A program made the translations under genes and the position numbers. A stretch of DNA of 64,000 nt from Cyanidioschyzon merolae (Eukaryota): the NCBI GenBank assembly GCA_000091205.1, contig AP006495.2. The stretch is one strand, 5' to 3'. This document shows, in pieces, positions 1-11,511 of the stretch (the stretch's first letter is position 1; each line of letters begins with the position of its first letter). Below the pieces are notes generated by a model. It was not told the DNA's origin and did not search any database. It saw only the letters and a list, made by a program, of their open reading frames with translations.

Positions 1-1959
1 TTGGCGCTCTGAGGAACTGAGTTCATCTTTGAATTCTCCCCCTAGTGTCTTTTCATTCGGTGCTGTATGTTTGCTATTTTCACCGGAGCTAGATCGTCCA
101 AGTGAGCCCCCGCGGTGCCTCTCCTTTTGCCTTACAAGCTGCAGCGCGGCGAGCCCCCTTCGTCGCATAGTTCCCGGTACACGCCCAGAGGTGCACAGCG
201 TTCGCAAATTGCTTTTGTACGTCTGCGTCCATGTGAAGCATTTACAACCCACAGGCACGAAGCATTGACGTTCACCTGCTTGATAAGGCATTCACGAGTC
301 CGCACCGTGGAGACCGTATTAAACGTGCATCTTACGACGCCCATCGTGAATGAGACGCACGCCCTGAATTTGAAATGGGATATTCTGGACATGGTATGTG
401 TTGGATATCCCATGTGCGACTATAATGGAACTGTTTCCGCCAAGCTTGCTCGACATACAAAGTCAATGTTCGGGTCGTTTCCGACTATCATGACCACTAG
501 TCCTCGCATGATCTTGCAGCGACTGCTTGATTCTTTCTCTCTTCTTTACGCTCATAAGCACGTCCGTCCCTCAATGCCCTCATGTTTCGTTACCAGCAGC
601 TGAGGATGTTCGTCGCAGCTTGCAAGCCCCGATTCCGCTGCTCGCAGCGGTTGTCAACGTATTCCATGCACACGCTGAGGTTGCCATGGACGCTCCGCTT
701 GCCCCAAGGATCGTCTTGGCCCTCGGCCTCGGCGCACCTCTCGCAGCGGCGACACGTTACTATGGGTAGGTGTTCCCCAGCGTCCGCGATACCTCCTCCA
801 GCTCCGAACGCCGCACATTTGCGTACGGAGACTCGCCTCGTCGCGCGGCACACAACCATGACATGTACAGAAGGCTCTTCTCGATGCTATGCGACGTTTT
901 CGCACCCGGTGCCGTACTCCGTGATCAGGGACTTTGTCTGAACTTTCTCCTCGACATGTGCGTTGGCCGCTGCACGCGCAATCGCACGCTGCCTTGTTCG
1001 AGAACTCACCAGGTGATACGCGTCACGGCCTTGGTGACGTTCCAAATCGGTTTGCCCCGAGGAGAAGACGTTCGAATGTATCACAAGACTCCTCCACCGT
1101 TCTCCGCTGCTTCCGGCAAAGAGGCGGTTTTGTGCAACCGATGGTGTCCATGGAAGAAAACCAGTGCGGGAAGGAAGGGCCAGGCTGGCGATCGCGTCGA
1201 GCGATACCGACTCCGCTGCGCTGCGGTTGTTCAAAGCGCTGCCGGAGTCTCGGCTCTGACAGACCACTGCCACGACTCAGGTTCGAGTCCAAGACCGTTT
1301 TCCGTGCAAGCAGAAGAGATGGGAGCCTTGGCGGGCCCCCGCCCAGGGTGGCTGCACGCGGCTGCTATTGAATGCCGTTTCGTCGATGGCGCCAAAGCGA
1401 GGACGCTTTATCTGTTGGACGGGATCGACCTTGTAAGGTGACGAGTGCAGGGAGCTCTCGGCGCGAGCCCGTGGAGAGGCTGACAACAAGCGGCGTCGCA
1501 TTTCTCCTTGTCAACCCAGCTGTGCAGAACGCTGCGCCCTCCAGTCGTCCCGAAACACAAAGATGAGATATGTGAAGCACGCGTGATTTGAGCTTTCCAC
1601 ACGTAAGGACGGGGAAGAGCGGAGGCTGGTTCGTATGAGCTGGCTCGTGATGTCGGTTCCTATACGATGCCGTGCTCGAGGGCGTCGCGAACCATCGTCT
1701 TGATTCTCGTGATGCAACGAGCGCTAGCGACAAAAGGTTTGCGGAGCCGCTCCGAAGCGACAACCGAGCATCCAAAACCTGGTCATGAATCCATACGCGC
1801 CCATTGCTACATTTAGGATGTCGAGTCTGTACATGTAGAGAAAGTCCAGGGAGAATCGAAATGTAAACAGAGCAGGTAGGTCAGTGTTCTTTTTTGTTAT
1901 GATACGGATATTGACACATAAAAACTTTCTACGACTATGGAGGGGAAATGAATGCACTT

Positions 1960-2330
1960 GTGCAGACGCCTCCAAACCTTTTTAAGTGGCCCCTGCCATC
2001 GGCTTCAGCCTCTCCCCGTCTACTTTGACCCTCAGGGCGCTGCCTCAAGAAATTCTCTTGTGTCAGATCCTAGGGTCTCATCTTTAGCACCACACATCTC
2101 CTGATATTGATAGCAGCGTCAAAGTCTAGGTTCACCAACTCCATACTTTTCTTGCCGCTGGTTCAGCGCACCAGTGCCAGGAGTTGTCGAGCGCGCGCCC
2201 TCTGTGCGAACACCCGTATACCATCCGACCGTTTCGTCCGGAAGAAGTCCCACCGTCTGAGAAAAGAAACCGGTGTTCCTGTGCCTCAGACTGATTGCGA
2301 GGTTCCAGGAACGTTGTCGTTGCGATAACG
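1960..2330 (-). mobile_element. Solo 3'-terminal fragment of the TnpB/Fanzor-like repeat family. It is homologous to the 3' coding end plus downstream non-coding tail of the copies at 9.07-9.3 kb and 58.04-58.3 kb.
   Basis: Shared motifs gtgcagacgcctc (1961), gagGgcgctgcctca, and caccgcacatct...tattgatagc(a/g)gc...ggttcac(c/t)aa...ttcttgccg align with 9073-9300 and 58043-58270. No upstream ORF is present. Confidence 0.6.
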
Positions 2331-2938
2331 GTGGAAGATGGCCGTGTGTGGACTAGAACTCTTTTTTCGCGGCTGTATCCAGCTTTTTCAAGTTCAAACG
2401 AGTGAACTGGTGGGAAAAGAGACGCCCCTGGAGGCTGCTATCGCCGCTTTTGCTTCCCGTACGGTAATCAACGCGTCGTATCCTAAGATTTTCCTCAAGA
2501 AGTTTTTAAGAATATAGGTTTATGGCGCGGATTGCATGTTCTTGGTTTCTTTTGCGTTCCTCATCCATCAGAGTACTGTGGAATGACTGACCCGAAAAGG
2601 GGATGCAGCCCTCCTTGCACAGTTCAGTAAAGAATATATCCTACATTCAATTGGTCTACGATATATACAGTACATTCCATTCTGAAGTCCTTCTCCTAGT
2701 ATACACCGCTGCGGGATGGAACAGATGTGAGTTGGAAGAATACACCACAACGTTGGTGTAGTGCCCTTGGCGGCAGTGCGAACCCTCTGCGAATAACAAG
2801 GTGGCGTGGAAACGCGTCTGCCTGCGTTCAAAGATTCAAGTCTTTCTCAGGTGTTCTGGTTAGAGTCTGCAACTTGTTTCCAACACAGCTGTGATCCCTT
2901 TCGTGCACCGGTACAGGTGCTGCTGGCCTCCGGGTGGC

Positions 2939-3919
2939 ATGGCGGTGGACCGAACAGCAGAGCTTCGAGCACTTTGCCGCGAGCGAGACACTCGTTTTTC
3001 CAAAATTGGAGGTGCACAAGCTGACAAACAGCTCTCACCAAAGGTTCGCTTCAAGAGCGGGACTGGCGAGGCCTTCCGCTTGCTCTCTGAGCAGCTGCTC
3101 GAGAACCTGAGACACTTTGCGCTCTTGTTACACGCAAACACTGGCTGGCTTCTTGACGCTCGCAACTACGACTATTCGCCGAAGCAGCGTGTCGAGTTTG
3201 AGGCTTCCTGCACAAAACTACTCCAGGGACTTCTCGCGAACTTGGTTGCTCTACGAGATCTGGCCGAGTGGCCTCGGGGCAGCCATCATTCGGCGCAGCG
3301 CGTCCAGCACCGTCTCGTAGTGGTAGAGACTCTCTCTAGCCAGATCGAGACGCTCAACCAGTACCTGCGTACGCTCCTCAGCACGAGCAGCGAGCGCAAG
3401 TGCAGCGCCAAAAGCCACCCCTGCATTACGAAACACGCTCAACGTGGCACGAGCAGTGAAAGCGTCCACGCATGCAATCACGCATCCATTCCGTTAAGAG
3501 AAATCGCTGCCTCAAATGTTTCTCTCGAAAAGAAATTCCAGGAGGAGACACCACGTGAGCCCAGCGAGCCGGAAGGCATCCCAGCCGAGGCCCGTGGTGC
3601 ACAGGCGATGCTGTTAATGCAGCCTCCAATTTTCACGTGGGAGCAGGAACTCACCGAACGGGACCGAATCGTGCGAGATGTTGAACGGAATTTAATACAA
3701 GTCTCTGAGCTCTTGCATGACTTCAGCGTGCAGGTAGCCCAACAGGATCACGTCGTTGAAAGCCTACTCGAGGATGCGTTCCGCTCTACGGAGTTTGCGG
3801 AACGCGCGAATCGAGAGCTGGATCGGATGCGCGGCGCCGATCACTCGTGGCACATCGTCTTGACCGTCATCTTTCTAGTTATGGCGTTGAGCCTCTTAGC
3901 ATTGGACAGGCTTCGATAA
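2939..3919 (+). CDS. STX18: Syntaxin-18-like Qa-SNARE (ER t-SNARE, Ufe1 orthologue), tail-anchored
   Basis: N-terminus MAVDRTAELRAL resembles the syntaxin-18 N-terminus MAVDITLLFRA. C-terminal SNARE heptad region contains QQD followed by a single C-terminal TM segment HIVLTVIFLVMALSLLALD and a short tail. The ORF track starts at 2891, but the internal Met at 2939 matches the STX18 start. Confidence 0.55.
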   Translation: MAVDRTAELRALCRERDTRFSKIGGAQADKQLSPKVRFKSGTGEAFRLLSEQLLENLRHFALLLHANTGWLLDARNYDYSPKQRVEFEASCTKLLQGLLANLVALRDLAEWPRGSHHSAQRVQHRLVVVETLSSQIETLNQYLRTLLSTSSERKCSAKSHPCITKHAQRGTSSESVHACNHASIPLREIAASNVSLEKKFQEETPREPSEPEGIPAEARGAQAMLLMQPPIFTWEQELTERDRIVRDVERNLIQVSELLHDFSVQVAQQDHVVESLLEDAFRSTEFAERANRELDRMRGADHSWHIVLTVIFLVMALSLLALDRLR

Positions 3920-3932
3920 ACTTTTCTGGAAC

Positions 3933-5075
3933 ATGATTGGTCAGCGGCACTCGAGGACATTTTCCTTTGTTTATTTGACGTTACCGAGTTGGACCATGCT
4001 TAGCCATAGTAGAGAGCTCGTTGGGTCAGGTCGCTGTAGTTTGCGGTGTGTGCGAACTCGGCCTCTTCACGTCTTAGAGACGACGTGGGCGCGAAAACGA
4101 AAGCAAAAGGCTGGCACATCGGGACAGGGCGGAGATAATGAGGCAGGGGAAGATGCTTCCCCCAACCGCAGGTTTAGTCGTAAAATGTCTCTGAAGCAGC
4201 AGCTGCTGTTGCTGCGAGAACGAGCGGCCCAGGAAAAGCGAGCCGCTGGTGCTGCGGCGTCTGCAGCGCCCGCGCGAACCTCCTACCGCCGGCGTTTGGT
4301 CCGAACTCCGCCCGAAGAGGACAACCAGGAGGAAACTGAAACCGCTGAGTCGCTAGAAGCTCAGAAGCCTGAAGTCGCTGCAAGCGAAGGACTGCCCAAG
4401 GTGAACGCTACGAAAGAGCGGGCGCGACAAAAATGGTTTATCGTTGACGGCTATAACGTTATCGGCGCCGCGCCAGAGCTCAATGCATACGTTCGGGATG
4501 GTGACCTCGAGACTGCCCGCCGACTACTTATCGAAGACGTAACGAATTTGTCGGCAATTCGCGGATGGCACTTTAGCATCGTGTTCGATGCGACCACGAA
4601 TCCACAGGATGGTTACCCGCGTACGAAGGATACCACCGAAAAGATCACAACAGCCCTGATACATCCGGATGTGAACGCGAAGGCTGCATCTGGAACCCAG
4701 CATCAGTCTCGAGCGAGAAAGTCTGCCAAAGGCGAGGAGGCGTCAACAGAGTCGGTTGAAATAATCTATCCAGCCTGCAAGAGTGCTGACTCATATATTA
4801 TCTCACGCGTGCGCGGGGCTGCTCGAGACCACAACATGGAAGTTTGGGCAGCAACTGGTGATAGTATAGTGCAGAGTCTTGTTCGTGCGAGCGGAGCCTT
4901 TGTTATCAGCTCAGAACTGTTTCTGCGCGAGGTCGAGAACGCCAAAACTGAAATGCGAGTCATCCATCGTCTCGCTACCAACGAGCCAGGCCTGGCGCTG
5001 ATCGATTGTCTGGACCAGGAATCGCGCGATAGACTGCTTAGCTTGAAAGAGAGCAACGTTGAGAACACTTCCTGA
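3933..5075 (+). CDS. YacP-like NYN-domain protein (predicted PIN-like ribonuclease). The true start is possibly the Met at 4185.
   Basis: Motif KWFIVDGYNVIGA...ELNAY...IEDV is characteristic of the NYN/YacP family. There is an N-terminal Lys/Arg-rich, acidic low-complexity region. Confidence 0.45.
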   Translation: MIGQRHSRTFSFVYLTLPSWTMLSHSRELVGSGRCSLRCVRTRPLHVLETTWARKRKQKAGTSGQGGDNEAGEDASPNRRFSRKMSLKQQLLLLRERAAQEKRAAGAAASAAPARTSYRRRLVRTPPEEDNQEETETAESLEAQKPEVAASEGLPKVNATKERARQKWFIVDGYNVIGAAPELNAYVRDGDLETARRLLIEDVTNLSAIRGWHFSIVFDATTNPQDGYPRTKDTTEKITTALIHPDVNAKAASGTQHQSRARKSAKGEEASTESVEIIYPACKSADSYIISRVRGAARDHNMEVWAATGDSIVQSLVRASGAFVISSELFLREVENAKTEMRVIHRLATNEPGLALIDCLDQESRDRLLSLKESNVENTS

Positions 5076-6256
5076 TGCTGTCGATTGGGCCTCGTCGTCG
5101 AGCGGCCTTGTGCGCGTGGCCGCTTTTCGAAGATGCACTTCCCCAGTTAGCGGGCAGCGACTCGTCGTGCCGTCCCGTACACGTTGCCAACTCCCGGGGA
5201 CACTCGCAAATAGGACAGACACGAGCAGACCCAGCAGCAGGAAGATTGCACAGGGCAATAGACCATCCAATGGGCATCTTACTCGGCTGACGCCATCAGT
5301 TCTTTAATGGTTTAGGATTGTCGAATCGAATCGGCGATCCCAAAGTGTGGAATTTTGATCGGCATTTGGGCGACTCTGTCGTTGCCGCTTGCACGCAGAG
5401 CCGCCAAGCTGATGCTCCTCTCCGAGTGCACCGATGGTGTCGCACATATTCTGTGCGAGAGCGCGCCCAAGCGGGTAGATGCAGCTCGTCATTTTGTATG
5501 CAAACATCGCAGGGAGCGATTGCACCCCAAACACTTTTCGCTCAAGTTTCTTGATTTCGACTGTGCATCGTGTACGCGTCTTCGGGAAAGCCGCACCAGC
5601 GACGCATCTAGTCCAGTTGCATCTGCGCCATCGATGGGGCAAGGTGTAGGCTCTCTACATGAAAACTGCTAGGTCTCTGGATAACACACTGAACTGCATA
5701 GAGCATTCTCCCGTTATCGTACGCCAGGAAAGAGAGCTTGTAAAAGGCGGCGCTTCCGCCGTGAACGCTTGCTTACAGTTCGCACACGCACGTGCACGCC
5801 GGCACGTGCTGCGACGCCCTGAAACGACGGCGCTTCGGTCAAGCGCGACTCGAACGTTTCACACCAGTGAATAAGAGACATCACTGGTGATCTATATGAA
5901 CAGAGCCAGGCACCGCTTAAACCGTCAGAAACGAACGTTGCACTGTCGTGGGCAGCGCCAGCGTCTTGCGCCAAAAATCTTCTATGCACCTTGGCTCTTT
6001 TTTGAGGCAGAAGTCCTACAACCAAAAAGTGTTTTTGGAATAAGTCCGGAACCGATTCCGTCGCACTGGGTTTCAGTTGTCTCGCTGCACACCATTACTG
6101 TGGTGGTCGTAGGGACGCCGTGCGGGAGCAGGGCATCATGACGCAACGCGTTGCGGGGGACGCACTCGCATGCTTTGTTTTCGGGCGTAGTGGTCGATGC
6201 TGCTCTCGAATGGAGATTCAGGCGCTCGCCTTGCGCTCTCACGACGCATCAGCTCG

Positions 6257-7636
6257 TTAGGTGAGAAACAAATGCAACGTCTTGCAGGTTCGAGTGTCGG
6301 TATCTGTTACGGATAGCACGACTTGATCGGGAACTTTCGGATGACTGTCAGAAATGAAGATATCGCTCAACGGCCGCTCGAGATTCGGGCTTGTTGCTGC
6401 TTTGAGGCTTTGAGGTACGCTCATGTATACGGGTCGATAATCCCAGACAATTGTGGGACTGCGACAGTGGAGCACAGGATGCCTTTCTAGGAGTTCTATG
6501 AGCTCCTTGACAAGCATGTTTTTCGATACGCTTATGGCAACAGCGGAACCTGGACCACATACAGGACACGATAGTCGTCTCTCGATGAAAATCGAGTCGA
6601 TGTAGAGGCCATCGCTTCCATGAAAACTTGTCCAGGGGCACTGTGCATGAGAGCCGCCCCATACGAGCCTCGTCACTGCGAGTGCACAGGCGGCACCGGT
6701 AACTGCACTCGTTGTCGCCAATGCCGGCACACTGCGGTGCAGGACAGCTTTCACGAGAGCCGTGGTCACACCTTCGATACCGAACGCTGCAGCACGCTCC
6801 TGTGCTCTGGTATAAATCCATTCAAGATGCTCCGGGTTCTCCGGGTCTATGGACCGCACCGCCTGGTCGTCACGTGCAGGCCAAAGAACCGCCTGTGCGT
6901 AATGAATACAGTGCTCTGGCCGCAATGGTGTACCGGCGATCGTGCAAAGCGGTTGCCGACCTGCTTCATCTGGAAACAGATCAAGTATGCACTCGATGCA
7001 GGGCGTTTCATACGGGCGAATCGTTCGGACTTGGCCTGCGAGACCCTCCAGGCCCCCGTCGATGAGCACGGGCAAGTATTTCGACTGAACTGCACAGTTG
7101 GGAGAGGTAACAGGACGTACCACGTGGAACACGACTGTGTTTAACCAGCGGCGAGCCTCAACGGTATCCACACCCGACACGATGACATCAAACGCACGGT
7201 AGAAGGCAACAGGCATCTGTTCCGCGCTCGCCCAATATCCGCGTATTGTGCAGCCTGGAAAGCGCTCTTTAATTGCCTGGGCAGCTCTCAGCGCTTTGCT
7301 GGCACCAACGTCGGCGGAGCTGTAGAGCGTCTGGCGGTTGAGGTTGCTCTCGGCGACCGTGTCCCGGTCGAGCACCACCAGGTTTCGGAAACCACACAAG
7401 GCAAGCGCCCTCAGCGCTTCGCAACCGATCGCCCCCGCACCAACCACCAGAATTTGTAGGTTTGACTTGGCATGCTTCATTCGTACGTCAGTGGTGCATC
7501 GAGTCAGTGCTTCCGGTGCAAGAGCCGCTGGACCGGCGTCATCGGCGTGCGCCAAGAGCTCCGGGGCCGAGTGAGCTGAGCTTGCGTGCATGAAACGACA
7601 ACCCACGCTGGTGCATAGTTGGAAGTATAGGCGCAC
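6257..7636 (-). CDS. UBA3: NEDD8-activating enzyme E1 catalytic subunit (UBA3)
   Basis: ThiF/MoeB fold with ILVVGAGAIGCEALRALALCGFRNLVVLDRDTVAESNLNRQ. Catalytic-Cys region PLCTIAGTPLRPEHCIHYA matches UBA3 PMCTIASMPRLPEHCIEY. C-terminal E2-binding domain ends LHLFLT. Length is 459 aa. Confidence 0.85.
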   Translation of the reverse strand: MRLYFQLCTSVGCRFMHASSAHSAPELLAHADDAGPAALAPEALTRCTTDVRMKHAKSNLQILVVGAGAIGCEALRALALCGFRNLVVLDRDTVAESNLNRQTLYSSADVGASKALRAAQAIKERFPGCTIRGYWASAEQMPVAFYRAFDVIVSGVDTVEARRWLNTVVFHVVRPVTSPNCAVQSKYLPVLIDGGLEGLAGQVRTIRPYETPCIECILDLFPDEAGRQPLCTIAGTPLRPEHCIHYAQAVLWPARDDQAVRSIDPENPEHLEWIYTRAQERAAAFGIEGVTTALVKAVLHRSVPALATTSAVTGAACALAVTRLVWGGSHAQCPWTSFHGSDGLYIDSIFIERRLSCPVCGPGSAVAISVSKNMLVKELIELLERHPVLHCRSPTIVWDYRPVYMSVPQSLKAATSPNLERPLSDIFISDSHPKVPDQVVLSVTDTDTRTCKTLHLFLT

Positions 7637-8939
7637 TAGCCTAATACTTTCATATGCATATAACGGCCTGAACTTGGTATGAAGACGTCACTTGGTAAGC
7701 AACGCCAGGAAGAGAGCACTTGAGACTTTCTTGGACCGCGGTTCAGCCTCAGCGGTCAATGACTGGGCAATTACTCGAACGGCATACATCGCCCAGCGTT
7801 CTGTGCTGCAAGAGCGGTTAGGCCGGGCCCATCGCCGGTTGTTTTACAGAGAGCATGCGAATTTTTCATTCACAAGGGTCTCTTCTGCTTCGGTTTCGTA
7901 AGTTATATACGAGCATTCTCTGCTTGAATTTTGGACGGGTTGTTCTCCGTAAAACGACTGCCTTCGCTGCTCTTCGACCCGATCACGAAAAAGCCATCCA
8001 GAGTGCGAAGCAATCAGCGTTTGCGTTTGCTTCCATCGTGGACCGCCCTTACAAAGCACTTCTACGTCGGAACTGCTCACCGTCTCGATTCCCATTGAGC
8101 AATCGCATCCTTGAAGCATACTTCGCAGCGCGTTAGCACCGACGTGTTCCAGACATCGCAAAGGAATGGGGGAGACATTTTTCCGCCGTGAAGCACCAGT
8201 CGCTTGCTTGTCGGAAGTTTTCCCCGATCATGCTGGGAATGTCGCCATGCTGATTTCCGTCTGGACGGCAACTCGCCACCGGCGAGTCCAAAATCCCGCG
8301 TTTCAGCCAACCTGAGCCTCATGCGCAAAGAGCTGGAGGCGAATTCCGGCTAAATGCAGATGCGCCTCTCGAATTGGCCCAAGGCAAGAGGAGCCCAAAC
8401 CGACTGGCGAGCGTATGTCAAGCCCTGTTCAGCGGGTATTCTCCGTCGATCCCATGGCTGCGCATGAGGCGGTGTCGCCACAGTCGCTCTGTAGCAGAGC
8501 AGCGTAAATCGAATCGTACTAGTGTAAACTAGCGACAGCGCTGAAAGCATGCCGCACAATTTTGGATCCTTTTCCATATACCAATGCGTATTCGTCGAAA
8601 TCGATTGAAACGCTATCGTCTAAATGCCCCGTTCGAGACCGGATACCGGGGCCAGCGGCTTTACGCAACAATCGCATGGAACTGAGCACACGAGAATTGA
8701 ATCGCCAGCCCCAGCATACAGTCTGAGGCCTCGAGCCTCCTACCAGACAGACTGTCATGTTCGAGAGCCTCTATAAGGGCGTGCCTGTCAGCCTAAGCGC
8801 TAGACGCCAGCGGACAACATCTCAATGCAGCATGCACGCCATTTCGCATCACATCTGTGCTGGATGCGATCGCTTCGAAGCGGCATCTATCCGTGCACCG
8901 TATTTTATACACAATCCGTGGCCTCCATTTCCAGATTCC

Positions 8940-11050
8940 GCTCCCAGATCATACTCTGTTCGCGTATGTGTTCAAGCATGCACACACACAAAACGCCGTT
9001 CTAAAGTTGAGCGTCGCCGGCAGTGCACAGTCGTGGCGGTGAACACGCCCTAGACATAGCGTCTTCAACTGACGTGCAGACGCCTCGCAGCCGTTCTGGA
9101 CCGGCCATCTAGTACTGCCTTCAACTTTCTCTCATATAATTCCACCTTGAGAGGCTGCCCCAGTAAATGCGCTCTTGTAAACTCTTAAGGTCTTCTTTCC
9201 ATCACCGCACATCTTCTTATATTGATAGCGGCATTAAAGTTCGGTTCACTAATCCCATCCGTTTCTTGCCGTCGGTAGTTGTACTCACCAGCGCAAGTAG
9301 TCCTCGAACTTTCGCTCTCCTTTCCATTTGCTCTTCTGTCAACGCTCCGTACTTTGCTATATCCTCAGGGCTCCGCTGGCACTTTTCCATCTCGACCCTC
9401 TGAGGTGTGCCCCCCAACTCGTAAGGCGTATAGGACGTTCAGATCCCATCTATCGGTATCGTAACAAAACGCTTTGCACACTCCTTGTACGTTCTTGTCG
9501 TTGGAGCTGGCTTAGTCCCTTTTTTGGTCATCCAGCGACCTGCTCCGTATGCTACTACGAGCCTCTGAATCTCGTCCTCTTTGAGTGCGCTCAACTAATT
9601 GAAAATTTTCGCAAACGCGCGCTTTTTCCCACTGTACAAGTTCATACGCAGACGTGCCCACTGGGGCTTTGTATATTCTTTCTACAGCGCCTCCCAATGA
9701 GCAACGCGAACTTTCATGAATTTCAGAAAAGCTTGAAAGTCCGTTCCTCGGCTCGTCACCTCGCTCAAAGCTTCCACGTGCTCTTTCACTCCTGCATTCC
9801 ATCTCTCAATTTTCTTCCTTGCATTCATGATTCCCGATTCTCGGTAGTATCTCGCTCTCGAGAACCTCAACAGACGCATGTCTTTCTGACGTAATTTGCC
9901 GTCAGTACCATCTTCAGCACGCTTCGGTACAGCGATGATTATGATATTCGTGATTCCGGGGTCAGCGCTAACGATAAAGTCGTTCTCATGCACTTTCTGC
10001 GTCATAGGAACCGCCTTCTTCTTATCTTCATGCTCCGCTGAAGGCAATTTCGAAGATGAAACAGGACGATCTGCCTCCAACCGACGAGAATGAACACACT
10101 TGGGTACCCCATCGGTTTCGAACATCCACGCAAATACCTTTTGCTTGCTCACTCTCAGACGTTTGAAATCGAAGATATTCTTCCAGTGCGTCTCCCGGTT
10201 TTAACCGGTGAACTCCTCCCTGCTGACATTGAACTCAGGACTGATCTCCTTAATGATGCCATGAAGGACTCTGGAGTCGATAGTCACAGATGTGACTCAA
10301 TGTTGTACATTGCAACCGCTTTGAAGCGCTTCCCCATTAGGGCGGCCTTCCGTCTCTCCCAGTCTTCATTTTTTTCCTCACTCAGCCTCATGTCTGCTTT
10401 GCATTCGAGCTCTCGATCCAGGAATACGAAATACTGCAGGAGAAGCCGATAGTATCTTTCCTTATCTTTTTTCAACTCTGATTTCTTTTCTGCAGGATTC
10501 GCCAGCCCCAAGACTGCACGATGCTCTTGTATAGCTGCGCGGATGACGGAATCCTCATTTGTGCTCCTGCGTGACGCCTTCTTGTCGAAGAATTCGATCT
10601 CACCTTCATACTGTCGATTGTTCGTAATGGCATTGATAATCGTCCATATCCCTTTGCGAGAGAAGCCCCGATAGAGTGCAAAGACAGAGCGTATTATGGA
10701 GCGTTCGAGTTTCACGATCACGTGGTTCTTCAAGTTCGTCAGGTACATCTTCGCCCCGTCCAAATTTATTCTGAGACTAGAAGCGGGTGTGCTGTGTCCG
10801 GGCATAGCCCTGGTCGGGTTGGAATCCCAGTATATGGCTTCACGTTGCCGCAGGCAGTGCGTCTGTATGCACAGCTGGAGGCTCCCAGGTTGATTATGCG
10901 CTACGGCCCCGTGTTGAATGAACCACGGCTCGAAAAGACGCCCCCACTGGTATGGCAAAGCTTCTCTGTCTCCGTCCTGCATCCGCACCGGCGGTTTAGG
11001 CTCTATTGCGCATGCTCACTCCGGGCTCGGCGCACGATAGAACATATGAA
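8940..11050 (-). mobile_element. TnpB/Fanzor-like repeat family, copy C (diverged, frameshifted; element coding strand is minus)
   Basis: ORFs 10284..10988(-) and 9682..10152(-) are homologous to ORF1/ORF2 of the 58-60 kb copy. RuvC-I DFIVSADPGITNIIIIA is near 9962, the Arg-rich linker is RLLRFSRARYYRESGIMNARKKIERWNAG, and the RuvC-III-like KCQRSPEDIAKYGAL is near 9360. The 3' non-coding tail is 8940-9217. Confidence 0.6.
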
Positions 11051-11511
11051 ACGACCACTAGTCCCGAAAGAAAGTTTATGAAACGGAACTTGAAAGTAGG
11101 TGCATCGTGATGGACGCTTTTTCGTTTACCGTTACCCTTCCATCCCGAAATCCGGTATCGATGGTCCATGGAAACGTTTTCTCATCGGAAAAATCATCGG
11201 TGCCAAGTCCATTTGAAAAGTTTTGAATGGAGCCGCGGTTCCGCTGCATATCGAAGCGAAGGCCGCACGTGATCTGGAGGCGCTCATACTTTTCTCAACT
11301 TTTTCTTGTCGAGACAACGGACCAGAGAAGTGAAGGATCCACGTTTGTTCGTCCTTTGCTTCGCGGTCGTGGTTCTGAAAGGCACCTGTTGTTGCCTCGT
11401 TCCGAGTGCGCTGGGTAGGAGCCAAAGCTTGTGCACAGTTCGCTAGACTGAGGGAGCACGCTACTCGTTGTTCTCGGTTAAAAAGCGGATTGGATTCGGT
11501 TTCTAGGTGCA

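Noticed and set aside
1265-1290. tRNA-like T-arm motif ggttcgagtcc
   Set aside because: The flanking bases would give a 6-nt loop with a gactc/gagtc stem instead of the canonical 7-nt T-loop, and no acceptor, D or anticodon arms can be drawn. It also sits in GC-rich overlapping-ORF noise. Not called.
1-2900. Dense overlapping ORFs on both strands (e.g. 770..1441, 887..1273, 934..1371, 1365..1775)
   Set aside because: Mutually overlapping ORFs in all frames are expected in 60% GC DNA. None shows a recognisable domain or motif, and the peptides are low-complexity Arg/Ser/Pro/Ala-rich. Only the TE tail fragment is called in this segment.
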